Part shown: in pieces, positions 26,295 through 36,074 of the stretch
Layout of the letters: each line of letters starts with the position of its first letter
How positions within the stretch are numbered: position 1 is the first letter of the stretch
Assembly (NCBI GenBank): GCA_964471595.1
Contig: CAYYGN010000006.1
Span: 26,494 to 90,493, forward strand
Length of the DNA: 64,000 nt
Direction: 5' to 3'
From: an uncultured Saprospiraceae bacterium
GTDB lineage: Bacteria > Bacteroidota > Bacteroidia > Chitinophagales > Saprospiraceae
Position numbers and translations under genes: made by a program
The notes under the pieces: model-generated
Seen by the model: the letters and a program-made list of their open reading frames with translations, nothing else
What the model was told of the DNA's origin: nothing
The model's database searches: none

Positions 26295-27182
26295 TTATCC
26301 AATAATCACGGAAGTCATGGTGAGCGATCCCGCCAGTGGTTTGTCGTTAAACAAGCGCACATCGTCCTTTTTTCCGGCGAGCGCCAGACTGTACAGTAAT
26401 GGCAGGTAATGTTCCGGTGTGGGGATGGCCAATTCGAAAGCCCTGCCATGCGAACCGTACTTGATCAGGGCATCGTGGTCGCCATTCAATATGAAATTGT
26501 TCATTTTTTCGCGGGCCTCCAGCGCCCAGTCAAATCCGTATCCGGGGGCATTCAGTTTGTCCCAGGCCAGCATCCTCAGGTTATGGACCATATTTCCGCT
26601 GCCGATGATCAATACGCCTTTTTCCCGGAGAGATTTTAATTCCTGTCCCAATTCGTAGTGGAACTGCGGTGTCCGGGTGTAATCCAGACTCATCTGGATG
26701 ACCGGTACATCCGCCTTCGGGTACAGGTGTTTGATGACGCTCCACGCGCCGTGATCAAGCCCCCAGCTATGGTCCAGCCCCACATCGGTCTGCGTGATGA
26801 GGGAGCGGGTGGTTTGCGCCAGTTCGGGACTCCCGGGTGCGGGATATTGGACCTCGAACAATTCCTTCGGAAATCCGCCAAAGTCATGAATGGTGGCCGG
26901 TTTTTCCATGGCGGTAACATGCGTGCCTCTTGTTTCCCAATGCGCCGAGACACACAGGATGGCATTGGGTTTGGGAATTTCACCGGCAATTTTTCGGAAT
27001 CCCTCGACGAATTCATTTTCTTCGATGGCATTCATGGGGCTGCCGTGTCCCAGAAAGAGGACCGGCATGGTGGGGGTGGGAGCCAGCGTATGGGTCAGTT
27101 GGCCGAGGTCTTGAAGTTTCATGACGATGGATGGTGTTATGGCGATAGTGGCCAGTGATTTCAGAAAAGATTTTCTGTGCAT
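26295..27182 (-). CDS. ygiD: Class III extradiol ring-cleavage dioxygenase (4,5-DOPA dioxygenase extradiol, YgiD-like), probably exported
   Basis: The start is trimmed to MHRKSFLKSLATIAITPS at 27182, because the longer track ORF would overlap the ATPase gene. Motifs: LFLGHGSPMNA, CVSAHWET, DHGAWSV. It begins 2 nt after the ATPase stop codon. Confidence 0.85.
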   Translation of the reverse strand: MHRKSFLKSLATIAITPSIVMKLQDLGQLTHTLAPTPTMPVLFLGHGSPMNAIEENEFVEGFRKIAGEIPKPNAILCVSAHWETRGTHVTAMEKPATIHDFGGFPKELFEVQYPAPGSPELAQTTRSLITQTDVGLDHSWGLDHGAWSVIKHLYPKADVPVIQMSLDYTRTPQFHYELGQELKSLREKGVLIIGSGNMVHNLRMLAWDKLNAPGYGFDWALEAREKMNNFILNGDHDALIKYGSHGRAFELAIPTPEHYLPLLYSLALAGKKDDVRLFNDKPLAGSLTMTSVIIG

Positions 27183-27184
27183 GG

Positions 27185-29197
27185 TCAGGCTTTGAGGAGT
27201 TTGGCATTGACGGCGACAATAATGGTGCTGAGGCTCATCAGAACGGCGCCTACGGCCGGACTGAGCAGGATGCCCCAGGGGTACAGGAGGCCCGCAGCTA
27301 CCGGGATGGCAATAATGTTGTAACCGGCGGCCCACCAGAGGTTTTGGATCATTTTCCGGTAAGTGGCTTTTCCAAAGAGCATCATGCCGGCAATATCTCC
27401 GGGCTCGGAGTTCACCAGGATAATGTCCGCCGTTTCCGCCGCTACATCCGTCCCTGATCCGACGGCGATGCCGATATCCGCCTGCGCCAGCGCGGGAGCA
27501 TCATTGACGCCGTCGCCGGTCATGGCGACAAATTCACCCTGGTCCTGCAGCTCCCTGATTTTTTCCTGTTTTTCATGCGGCAGCACATTGGCCAGGTATC
27601 CATCCATTTGCAGTTCGGCGCTGACATTTCTGGCCGTGTTTTCATTGTCACCGGTCAGCAGGAGATTTCTGATACCAGAATTTTTCAGCGTCCGGATGGC
27701 GTCCGCCGATCCCTCCCTGATGCGGTCCGCAAACACGAAATATCCTGCCGGTTTTTCTTCGATCAGGACATAGACAATCGTGCCTTCCGGAAGGGGATGC
27801 GGGATGTCGGGGTCTATATTGTTTTGCTTGAAATAATTGGGACCCACCACTTTGACATCCTTGCCATCCACGCGGCCTTCCAGTCCCAACCCCGGCAAAT
27901 ATCGGAAGCCTTCCGCCCTGGGAATGGGCAGTTGATCTTCTGCTGCTTTTTTCATGATGCCCGCCGCGATATAATGTTCCGAATGTTGTTCCAGTCCGGC
28001 CGCCAGTCTGAGCAGTTCCTTTCCGGTATAACGGGTATCCAGCACAACGGTATCCTGCCATGCATGTGCGCCTTCGGTCAGGGTGCCTGTTTTGTCGAAA
28101 ACAATGGTGGTGATCAAACGGGTATTTTCAAATGCCGTGCGGTTGCGGATCAGCAATCCTTTGCGTGCAGCGATGGATGTCGAAATGGAAACGACCAGCG
28201 GAACGGCCAGTCCCAATGCGTGTGGACAGGATATGACCATGACCGACACCATGCGTTCCAACGCAAATACAAAGGGATGTCCCAGGAGGATCCAAATGAA
28301 AAGCGTAATCATGCCCCCTCCCAGGGCGACAAACGTGAGGATCCTGGCGGCTCTGTCTGCAAAATTTTGGGTCCTGGATTTTACTTTTTGTGCTTCTTCC
28401 ACCATTGTGACCACTTTGTTGAGGTAACTGTCCTTTCCCGTGTGGGTGACTTGCAGCGTCAATACGCCATGGTGGTTGACGGCGCCACCGATGACTTTGC
28501 TGCCCGAGGTTTTTTTGACCGGCTTGCTTTCCCCCGTCAGCATGCTTTCATCCACATGGCTTTCGCCTTCCGTCACCACACCGTCCACCGGAATTTTTTC
28601 TCCGGGTTTGACCATGATCAAATCGCCGGGTTGGACGTGGCTGACCGGCATATCGTGGATGTGTCCATCCACCAGATGATGGGCCGTTGATGGCATCATT
28701 TTGACCAGCAATTCCAGGGAGCGCGAGGCGCCCATGACGGATTTCATTTCCAGGTAGTGGCCGATGAGCATGATGACGACCAGGGTAACCAACTCCCAGT
28801 AAAAATCCATGCCCGGCAAACCGGCGGTGATGGCCACACTATAGGCCCAGGCCACCGTGAGGGCAACACCGATCAGGGTCATCATCCCTATGGCGCTTGC
28901 CTTTATTTCACGGATCATTCCGGTCAAAAAGGGATGGCCGCCATAAAAGAAGACAAACGTGGACAGCAGCGCCAGCAGGTATTTGTCGCCGCGAAAGGAA
29001 AATTCAATCCCCGTCCATTGCTGGATCATTGGAGATAATGCCAGTACGGGCAGGGTTACGAGGGCGGAAACGATGAAACGCTTCCGGAAATCATCCAGGT
29101 GATGCCCCGCGTGTTTGTCGTGGCCGTGTTGCTCCGAATGTCCGGTGGAGTGGTGCTGATGGTCCATATGGGCAGACTGTTGGTTTGTGTATGCCAT
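27185..29197 (-). CDS. copB: P1B-type heavy-metal translocating ATPase, CopB-like (CPH motif, His-rich N-terminus)
   Basis: Motifs [17 protein letters not shown] (CPH in TM6), [17 protein letters not shown] and [10 protein letters not shown]. The N-terminus is His-rich ([23 protein letters not shown]). Confidence 0.9.
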   Translation of the reverse strand: MAYTNQQSAHMDHQHHSTGHSEQHGHDKHAGHHLDDFRKRFIVSALVTLPVLALSPMIQQWTGIEFSFRGDKYLLALLSTFVFFYGGHPFLTGMIREIKASAIGMMTLIGVALTVAWAYSVAITAGLPGMDFYWELVTLVVIMLIGHYLEMKSVMGASRSLELLVKMMPSTAHHLVDGHIHDMPVSHVQPGDLIMVKPGEKIPVDGVVTEGESHVDESMLTGESKPVKKTSGSKVIGGAVNHHGVLTLQVTHTGKDSYLNKVVTMVEEAQKVKSRTQNFADRAARILTFVALGGGMITLFIWILLGHPFVFALERMVSVMVISCPHALGLAVPLVVSISTSIAARKGLLIRNRTAFENTRLITTIVFDKTGTLTEGAHAWQDTVVLDTRYTGKELLRLAAGLEQHSEHYIAAGIMKKAAEDQLPIPRAEGFRYLPGLGLEGRVDGKDVKVVGPNYFKQNNIDPDIPHPLPEGTIVYVLIEEKPAGYFVFADRIREGSADAIRTLKNSGIRNLLLTGDNENTARNVSAELQMDGYLANVLPHEKQEKIRELQDQGEFVAMTGDGVNDAPALAQADIGIAVGSGTDVAAETADIILVNSEPGDIAGMMLFGKATYRKMIQNLWWAAGYNIIAIPVAAGLLYPWGILLSPAVGAVLMSLSTIIVAVNAKLLKA

Positions 29198-29345
29198 TTG
29201 TCCGGGTGGGTTGGCGCCTGGCGCTCATGCCGGTATGATACAAATAGCGTTCTGGTAAGAAAGGTACGAAAGGCACACCTGTCCCGATGTTTGGTTCCTG
29301 AGGGTTGATGACGCGGTGAATCTTACGCAGTTGCAGAGGTCAGGG

Positions 29346-29379
29346 CAAAAGGGACGGCCGACCTGATGGTCTGCCGTCC
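29346..29379 (-). terminator. Candidate terminator downstream of the SDR gene
   Basis: On the minus strand GGACGGC-(13 nt)-GCCGTCC is followed by CTTTTG. The T-tract is short. Confidence 0.4.
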
Positions 29380-29428
29380 TTTGCGATGATGATGGCGTTT
29401 TTGGACCGATTACCAGCGATCCTCGGCT

Positions 29429-30211
29429 CTATGAATTGCCATACATGTTCGATTCGCCCCCATCTATGGCGATGGTCTGTCCGCTCACATAACCATTGTC
29501 TTCGCTGAGCAGGAAGGCCACCAATTTGGCCACTTCATGAGGTTGACCCAGGCGCCTGGTAGGGTTACGCCGGGCATATTCGGTTTCTGCCGCCTTGGGG
29601 TCGGTGGGATTTACCTGTTTGAATGCTTCAGCTACCATGGGTGTGAGGATGGCGCCAGGTGCGATGGCATTGGTCAGAATACCGTCCTGTCCGTATTCGA
29701 GGGCTGCATTCTTCGTCATGCCCGAGACGGCGTGTTTGCTGGCTACATAGGGCATTTGATGAAGGACACCGCGAATACCGCCTACGGAGGCTACGTTGAC
29801 GATGCGACCGTACTTTTGCTTCTGCATTACCGGGATCACATAGCGCATCCCGTAATACACACCCATGAGGTTGATGTCAATGACTTTTTTGAAAATGTTG
29901 ACATCGTACTCGGTGATGCTGGCTTGCCGGCCTTCGATGCCGGCATTGTTGTAGAGCCCGTCGATCCGCCCGAAAATCTTGACCGCTTCATCCACATAGT
30001 TTTTCACTTGTGCTTCCTGGGACACGTCGGCTACGAAAGTCGCGATTTTGGCATTGGGGAATTCCTTGCCCAATTGGGACCTGGCGTCAGCCAGACTCTT
30101 CTCATTGTAGTCCACAAGCAACAGGTGGGCCCCTGCTGATGCCAATTCTCTGGCGGCTGCCAGTCCGAGACCCATACCGGCTCCCGTAATGATAATGACT
30201 TTGTTTTTCAT
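29429..30211 (-). CDS. Short-chain dehydrogenase/reductase (SDR) family oxidoreductase
   Basis: Cofactor motif TGAGMGLG, then NNAG, then the catalytic motif YVASKHAV (YxxxK). Confidence 0.9.
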   Translation of the reverse strand: MKNKVIIITGAGMGLGLAAARELASAGAHLLLVDYNEKSLADARSQLGKEFPNAKIATFVADVSQEAQVKNYVDEAVKIFGRIDGLYNNAGIEGRQASITEYDVNIFKKVIDINLMGVYYGMRYVIPVMQKQKYGRIVNVASVGGIRGVLHQMPYVASKHAVSGMTKNAALEYGQDGILTNAIAPGAILTPMVAEAFKQVNPTDPKAAETEYARRNPTRRLGQPHEVAKLVAFLLSEDNGYVSGQTIAIDGGESNMYGNS

Positions 30212-30774
30212 GATTCGTGATTTTGGATTTGTTTCGAGAATTGGATTTCTCCGGAAATTTTCACTTCATCGCTCACCAGCACACCACCGGTTTCCAGGGC
30301 GGCGTTCCAGTTGAGGCCCCAGTCTTTGCGGTTGATGGTCGCCTCGATCGAAAATCCGGCCTTTTCATTTCCCCAGGGGTCCTTGCTGATGCCGCCATAT
30401 CCGATCTGAAGGTCCACCTCTTTGCGGATGCCCTTGATGGCCAGGATGCCATTGAGGACATATCCGTCCTTATGGGGGCGCAGCGCGTCACTTTCAAAGG
30501 TGATGACCGGGTGGTTGTCCACGTCAAAGAAATCGGCAGACTTCAGGTGGGCATCTCTTTGTTCATTGTTGGTGTGGATGGAGGAGGGGTCTAAACTGAC
30601 CCTGATCGGCGACCGGAACAGGTCGGCATCCGCCACGTCCACCTTGAAATTCCTGAATTCCCCTTTCACATGGGCAATCATCATGTGTCTTACCCTGAAG
30701 GAGAGTTCGCTGTGTGCAGGGTCCAGGACCCATGTTGTGGCGGCTTTGGGCGCCGCTGTGGCTGTTGTTTGCAT
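30208..30774 (-). CDS. YceI family (polyisoprenoid-binding-like) protein
   Basis: WVLDPAHSELSFRVRHMMIAHVKGEF...FDV...ITFES is a YceI-like pattern. Its stop overlaps the SDR start by 4 nt. Confidence 0.85.
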   Translation of the reverse strand: MQTTATAAPKAATTWVLDPAHSELSFRVRHMMIAHVKGEFRNFKVDVADADLFRSPIRVSLDPSSIHTNNEQRDAHLKSADFFDVDNHPVITFESDALRPHKDGYVLNGILAIKGIRKEVDLQIGYGGISKDPWGNEKAGFSIEATINRKDWGLNWNAALETGGVLVSDEVKISGEIQFSKQIQNHES

Positions 30775-30870
30775 TGTCGTTGAAAATTAGTGATGAATTC
30801 GTTTGACAATACAAAGGTGCGGTCATTGGCAGGGGGTGAGGTTACATAATTCGGACAATGAGTTGTAAAA

Positions 30871-31701
30871 TCAGGAAATCAGTCTTTGCATCTCTTCCCG
30901 GAACTCAGAGGGCGTTTGACCGGTGCGTTTTTTGAATACGTGGGCGAAGTATCCTTTTTCGTTGTAGCCCAGGTCGAAGCCGATTTCTGAAATCTGTTTG
31001 TCGGTGTATGTCAATTGGTTTTTGGCTTCAATCAGCTTGCGGGTTTCAATGATCTCTGTCACGGTTTGTTGGAGGATGTTTTTGCAGATCAGGTTGAGAT
31101 TGCGGGAGGACATGAACAGTTTCTCCGCGTAAAAATCAACGCCGACGGGCCGCTGGTAATTTTCTTCGAGAATTTTGAGAAAGCTGGTCAGGGTGGTATT
31201 TTGGTTGTTGACCCATCCGGATGAATCCGGGGTCACTTTGTTTCGCTCGGATTCCACCATAATGAACAAAGCGTTCAGCAGATGTTTCACCACTGCTAAA
31301 TCAGGATTTTCCTGTTGCATTTCGGCATTCATGATTTCACAGAGCGTGATCAGCCGGTCAAAGCAGGGGCCTTCCTGCATCTTGAGGGTCGCGTGGTCAT
31401 GGTAGTAGGCATACAGTTGGAAAGTAGTATCGGGGATAAATTCACTTTTGAATCGCAGCACCCACATGTCGCATTGACCCTTGAGGACCCTGGGGATGGC
31501 ACGGTGCACTTTCCCTTTGGTGACAAAACTGACCAGTGGGGCGTCCAGCGTGGTCGTTTTGAAGTCGATGAAATGCTCCAGCCGGCCATGTATCCCGATG
31601 ATCAGCTCTTCGTAGTCATGCTGATGAGGTTCATCCGGAGATGTACTGATCTGCCGGGCCTCCCCGGGACCGACTTTGAAAAGGTGGAAGAGGGCATTCA
31701 T
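30871..31701 (-). CDS. AraC family transcriptional regulator (cupin-like N-terminus)
   Basis: The C-terminal HTH is ISEIGFDLGYNEKGYFAHVFKKRTGQTPSEFR. The N-terminal ligand-domain-like region is HQHDYEELII. Confidence 0.85.
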   Translation of the reverse strand: MNALFHLFKVGPGEARQISTSPDEPHQHDYEELIIGIHGRLEHFIDFKTTTLDAPLVSFVTKGKVHRAIPRVLKGQCDMWVLRFKSEFIPDTTFQLYAYYHDHATLKMQEGPCFDRLITLCEIMNAEMQQENPDLAVVKHLLNALFIMVESERNKVTPDSSGWVNNQNTTLTSFLKILEENYQRPVGVDFYAEKLFMSSRNLNLICKNILQQTVTEIIETRKLIEAKNQLTYTDKQISEIGFDLGYNEKGYFAHVFKKRTGQTPSEFREEMQRLIS

Positions 31702-31762
31702 GGCATTCCGGAATCAGTCAGAGTGATTCGTCCAATGGGCATGCATGATGCGCCATGAACAC

Positions 31763-32062
31763 TCATCCCTTGGATAACACATATTTCCGGGGCGATGTTT
31801 TGGGGACTGGTGTGATGATGTGACGTGCTTCAAGGTCTAGTTTTACCCATTCCAGGTACCAGGTCAACGAGCCGTCAAACAAGACCTTGCGGTCATCCAG
31901 GACTTGTTGGATGGCACGGGTCATATCGGAAAAGGTCCCTTCCTTGTATTCGCACAGAAACCGGAGGATCTCCGATTTCAGCCATTCGTATTTGTCCGTG
32001 CTGATGCGGACGGCTTTCTTGGATCGGGGGTGAAGGAGTTGGATTTTCTGATCTTCCATCAA
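31763..32062 (-). CDS. Hypothetical small protein
   Basis: 99 aa ORF with normal composition. No family confidently recognised. Confidence 0.5.
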   Translation of the reverse strand: MMEDQKIQLLHPRSKKAVRISTDKYEWLKSEILRFLCEYKEGTFSDMTRAIQQVLDDRKVLFDGSLTWYLEWVKLDLEARHIITPVPKTSPRKYVLSKG

Positions 32063-32227
32063 TGGGTTATTGGATATAAGGATGACCCGGGGTCAACCCG
32101 GATCGCGGGGCCAGACCGCTGCGACCACCCCATCCTGCTCCCTGTCGAAAGGTGGGAAAGGTTTCCGCTTCATCTCGTGAGCGAAAGGGTAGCGCACGCA
32201 GGTGCCTGGCACCAAAAAAAGCCAGAT

Positions 32228-32704
32228 TTATTGGAGTTCCGACAGGATCAGTTTCTTTTGAGAGAATGTGTTTTTGATGGCTTTTTCCCGGACGGCGGGG
32301 TCGCTGTGGTGGATGAGGTCAAAGTAGGCAACAGGCACGACTTGCCATGACAAGCCATACTTGTCCTTACACCACCCGCAAGGGCCTTCCTCGCCGCCGT
32401 TGGCGGTCAACGCATCCCAATAATAGTCCACCTCCTCCTGGTCTTTGCAGTTGATGACCAAGGATATGGCTTCATTGAATTTGAATATGGGTCCCGCGGC
32501 GAGGATGGAAAATTCCACGCCGGCGAGTTCCATAACCGCGGTTTCAAAACTGTTGTTCTGGCCATGGCCATCTTCATCCGGCATGTTTTCAAAGGAGCGA
32601 TAGTCTTTCAATCGCCCATCCCTGAAAATGGACAGATAGTATTCCGCGACGGCTTTGGCATCCTTCTCCACCCACAGACAGGGTGTGATTTTTTGGGTGT
32701 GCAT
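32228..32704 (-). CDS. VOC / 3-demethylubiquinone-9 3-methyltransferase-domain (PhnB-like) protein
   Basis: KITPCLWVEKDAKAVAEYYLSIF...CGWCKDKYGLSWQV is typical of this family. Confidence 0.8.
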   Translation of the reverse strand: MHTQKITPCLWVEKDAKAVAEYYLSIFRDGRLKDYRSFENMPDEDGHGQNNSFETAVMELAGVEFSILAAGPIFKFNEAISLVINCKDQEEVDYYWDALTANGGEEGPCGWCKDKYGLSWQVVPVAYFDLIHHSDPAVREKAIKNTFSQKKLILSELQ

Positions 32705-32901
32705 GTTTCCTGAAATGGTTGAATGTGAATGGTGGGATTTTTGTGGGACAAGTTGTTGGTGTGGCCTGGATGATGGCCAAATGGGTTTTGGCTTTTCCGT
32801 TTAGGTGGGACTGACGGTTTGTTGGGATCAATATGGTCTATGGTTTATGGCATCCGCCCGTTAATGGCCATCCTGATCTGATGGCCGGTTCTGCCTTATG
32901 G

Positions 32902-33435
32902 TTACCTTTTTCGCCGGTAATGCAATTGGGTCAATCCTGTTTCATAGGACCGGGTGCGTACCAGTTTCAGCGTTTGCTCGGGTCTGCCATCCTTGAAAAG
33001 TCTCGTCCCGCCACCCACCAGGACGGGAATGACGGAGATGATGAATTCGTCTACCAGGTCATGCTGCAGGAGATCATGGATGATTTCGGCACCACCGTCG
33101 CAATAGATGGTTTTTCCATTTTCTGATTTCAATCGCCGTACCAATTCGCTCGGTCTCCCGTTGTAAAATGTGGTTTTCCCCGATTTGGGAAGTTCCGTCC
33201 TTGTGATGACGTAAACGTCCCGCTGACCGTTGTCGTAGTGGGATGCCCCGATTTCTCTCTGCACATAGTCGTATGTTTTTCTGCCGAGAATGATGGTGTC
33301 GACATTGGCCGTAAAATCGGCATAGCCATAGTCTTCACCCTCTTTTTCCACTAATTTCAGAAAGCCGAGATCGTCATCGGGTTTGGCGATGTAACCGTCC
33401 AGGCTTGTCGCAATGAAGAGGGCCAGTTCTCGCAT
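32902..33435 (-). CDS. Dihydrofolate reductase-like / RibD C-terminal domain family protein
   Basis: LALFIATSLDGYIAKPDDDLGFL...DTIILGRKTYD...IYCDGGAEIIHDLLQHDLVDEFIISVIPVLVGGG. Confidence 0.8.
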   Translation of the reverse strand: MRELALFIATSLDGYIAKPDDDLGFLKLVEKEGEDYGYADFTANVDTIILGRKTYDYVQREIGASHYDNGQRDVYVITRTELPKSGKTTFYNGRPSELVRRLKSENGKTIYCDGGAEIIHDLLQHDLVDEFIISVIPVLVGGGTRLFKDGRPEQTLKLVRTRSYETGLTQLHYRRKR

Positions 33436-33618
33436 GGTAGTATGTTGTGGTGTTTAGGTAAGCAGGCGCCGGCATCGATTTTGGGTATTGCGCAGGGGCA
33501 ACATTTCGCGTCAATACTGATGGCCTGAACGAAGGTAATGAAGAGCCACAAATCTGCCACATTCGCGTCACCCGCCTTGGTGACTGGTCAATGTCCCCGT
33601 TCGCTCTTGGGTGGTCCT

Positions 33619-34707
33619 TCATGGGATGAATTTGTCAAAGGCTTGGCCATTATACCTGAATACCCCGTTTTCGTGGGTGCCCAGCCACAGGTCTCCGTCA
33701 TTGTCTTTGTAAAGGCAATAAACGGTTATGTTTGCTTCTTTGATCTGAATCGGATAGTGGTGGATCTTTTCACCGTCATACTTCCACACACCGTTCATGT
33801 AGGTCGCTATCCACAAGTTGTCGTCGTTGTCTTTGATGATGGACAAAAATTCATTCAGATCACCATCCTTTTTTCCGTCCAGACAACCTATGCTTTTGAA
33901 CCGTTGGTAAAACGTTGGCTTGTCCGGGTGGAAATTCGTGGACGAGGGATGGCTGTAAACGGTGTAGCGATATGAAGTATTGAACCAAAAATCACCATTC
34001 CTGTCTTCTGCCATGGAACGCACCCCATTGGCAGGTCCTTCGTGTATTTCTGTCACATCCTGTTCTGAAATCCAGTCAAACGATTCGCCGTCAAAACGGC
34101 AAACACCCAGCGTTGACGTACCAAACCAGATGTTTTGCCGGCTGTCTTTGTAAATGCAATAAACAGCATAAGGATTCGCATAATGGGGGTGTTTTTGAAT
34201 GTAGTCTTCGCCGAGTCCGGATTTCGGGATTTTCAACTGGTGCAGATTCTTTCCATCCCAGCGGTATATGTATCCTGAATAGTCAGGACTCTTGAACCAA
34301 AGGTCATCCGGATGGGATAGCCATGAGCCATTCAAACGCATCGTTGCGGTCAAATTCAAAAAACCGTTTCCGTTGTATCGGCACAATCCCTGACTGGTAT
34401 TGATATAAATGTTTCCCTCAGCGTCTTCTTGTATTTCTTCCACCCTGTTGTCGGGTAATCCGTCTATGGTCGTAAAGTGTACGATGGACTTTCCGTCATA
34501 TTTGTACAGACCTTCCTGCCAACTGCCAAACCAGTAATTGTTTTTCTTGTCCTGGTAGATGACCATGATGTTGTTGCTCAATTCTTTGGTGGTATCACCT
34601 GTTGCCAGCGGTAGTTTTTCGGATTTGACGGATGGCGTACTGGGCTGCCCGTTGCACGATGTCAAAACCATAAGGATGCCAATGAGGATGATCCTGTGTA
34701 CATGCAT
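33619..34707 (-). CDS. Lipoprotein made of two-component-regulator propeller (Reg_prop) repeats
   Basis: The N-terminus MVLTSCNGQ carries a lipobox. It has repeated N(I/Y)WFG(T/S)...G(L/V)..(Y/F)DG motifs (NYWFGSWQEGLYKYDG, NIWFGTSTLGVCRFDG, DLWLGTHENGVFRYNG). Confidence 0.7.
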   Translation of the reverse strand: MHVHRIILIGILMVLTSCNGQPSTPSVKSEKLPLATGDTTKELSNNIMVIYQDKKNNYWFGSWQEGLYKYDGKSIVHFTTIDGLPDNRVEEIQEDAEGNIYINTSQGLCRYNGNGFLNLTATMRLNGSWLSHPDDLWFKSPDYSGYIYRWDGKNLHQLKIPKSGLGEDYIQKHPHYANPYAVYCIYKDSRQNIWFGTSTLGVCRFDGESFDWISEQDVTEIHEGPANGVRSMAEDRNGDFWFNTSYRYTVYSHPSSTNFHPDKPTFYQRFKSIGCLDGKKDGDLNEFLSIIKDNDDNLWIATYMNGVWKYDGEKIHHYPIQIKEANITVYCLYKDNDGDLWLGTHENGVFRYNGQAFDKFIP

Positions 34708-34902
34708 GGTTTGTCAATTTGAAGTTTACAGGATTGTCATGGTGTGGCCTGACGGTTCTCAGTTAGGCGCAAGCAGGGAATTGACCAACGAACTGTCTGC
34801 AATTATTATTAAGCTAAATTAAATATGATTAATTGTGTAGGTCTATTAGGTGGCATATTTTCATTGATCTGGTAATTTATTTTCTTCAGCTAATAGCATG
34901 GT

Positions 34903-35226
34903 TTATTTCCATTTTTCCTTGGGGGAGTGAGTGCTTTTCGATGTAAAAGACATTTTGTTTTCAAATAAGAATTTTCGTAATTTAGGAATGGTGCTTTTTC
35001 CCATCCCGTGGAGTGTCAATATTTCCTTTTCACTAAAGGTGGATAGTTTTTCCAAAGTTGTTATTCCTTCTCTTTCCAACGCCCTTCTGGCAGGTGCTCC
35101 AAGTAAGGATAAGAAATGGTCGTCGGGTTTCCGTTCTTCTTCACAAATTGGGCAAACCGGACAGTCAGAAATTTTGGAAAATTTGTGTCCATTTTTGCAT
35201 ATTCTCAATACTTCATTGGTCTCCAT
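34903..35226 (-). CDS. Small Zn-ribbon + RNA polymerase alpha-subunit C-terminal-domain-like (HhH) protein
   Basis: The Cys/His cluster CKNGH...CPVCPIC is followed by LGAPARRALEREGITTLEKLSTFSEKEILTLHGMGKSTIPKL. The second part is a helix-hairpin-helix resembling RpoA CTD. The gene is AT-rich. Confidence 0.65.
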   Translation of the reverse strand: METNEVLRICKNGHKFSKISDCPVCPICEEERKPDDHFLSLLGAPARRALEREGITTLEKLSTFSEKEILTLHGMGKSTIPKLRKFLFENKMSFTSKSTHSPKEKWK

Positions 35227-35336
35227 TTTCAGTTGAATTGTTTTTTCGAAGTGTCTTTTCTAAATATCCGAAAATGTGTTGGTGCTTTGGCGATGTGGCA
35301 GATAGACAGCCATCACCATCCACCCCTGTTAGTTCT

Positions 35337-35975
35337 TCAGACCCCCATAGGTGCCTTCAGTTTTTTCAACGAGACCTTGTCCAACTCCACCAGGACCCGG
35401 CATTGGAGGCCTTCCAGCGTCAAAATGATACGGGACCGGTTGTGGCGATCGGTGACCTGGCCCTGGTAGCCGGCCAACGGACCGGACATGATCTCCACCC
35501 GGTCACCGGGATGAAAGGCCTCCCGCACCAGCAGGACCGGCTTCTCCAAACCGGCCAGGATACGGATCAGTTGCACCTCACGCTCGCACAAACACACGGG
35601 ATCCCGTCCGAACGTCAGGTAGCGGTACACATTGGGCAGCCGGAACACCTCCTTGCGGCGGTCCTCGTCCACTTCCACAAACACATAGCGGTGAAACATG
35701 ACCATGTCCACCTTTTTCTTGCGGTCACACCAGATCCTGACTTGTCGCTGTACCGGCACATAGGCCGGTATGCCCAGCCGGGTCAACTGGGCTGCCACCT
35801 TCTTTTCCGTCCGGGGTCGTACCAAAAGGACATGCCAGGCTCTCTCCGTTTGCACCACGGGTTCCTGCCTGCCGGTGATGCGGGGAGCAGGCAACAGGAG
35901 GATGGGTTGGCCGGTCGGCATGGGAGCAAGGATTTTGTCCGGGAGCATGCCTCCTCCGAAGAGGTGGACCCACAC
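35337..35975 (-). CDS. UpxY-family (NusG-like) transcription antiterminator
   Basis: WHVLLVRPRTEKKVAAQLTRLGIPAYVPVQRQVRIWCDRKKKVDMVMFHRYVFVEV is an NGN domain. GDRVEIMSGPLAGYQGQV is a KOW motif. The true start is uncertain: Met at 35921, or a GTG just upstream of ...QTERAWHV. Confidence 0.85.
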   Translation of the reverse strand: MWVHLFGGGMLPDKILAPMPTGQPILLLPAPRITGRQEPVVQTERAWHVLLVRPRTEKKVAAQLTRLGIPAYVPVQRQVRIWCDRKKKVDMVMFHRYVFVEVDEDRRKEVFRLPNVYRYLTFGRDPVCLCEREVQLIRILAGLEKPVLLVREAFHPGDRVEIMSGPLAGYQGQVTDRHNRSRIILTLEGLQCRVLVELDKVSLKKLKAPMGV

Positions 35976-36074
35976 ACAGCGTGACGCATGATCCGTATGG
36001 GCCAGGGGAGGCGCTACGCCCGCCTAAAAATAGGGAAAATCAATAATTGTGGTGATGATGACCATCTATTTTAA

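Noticed and set aside
26295-27335. N-terminal extensions of several track ORFs: 26295..27335, 38238..39626, 39328..40602, 36808..38088, 47396..49255, 51343..53139, 53001..54401, 24871..25482, 19415..20290, 60467..60946, 63198..63887
   Set aside because: The extensions overlap the upstream gene or intergenic DNA, are R/P/G-rich, and precede an internal Met that begins the family-typical N-terminus or a signal peptide. I trimmed the starts accordingly.
32190-32227. Palindrome GGTGCC-T-GGCACC followed by an A-run, as a possible terminator for the VOC gene
   Set aside because: On the transcribed (minus) strand the T-run precedes the palindrome rather than following it. The loop would also be too small for a hairpin.
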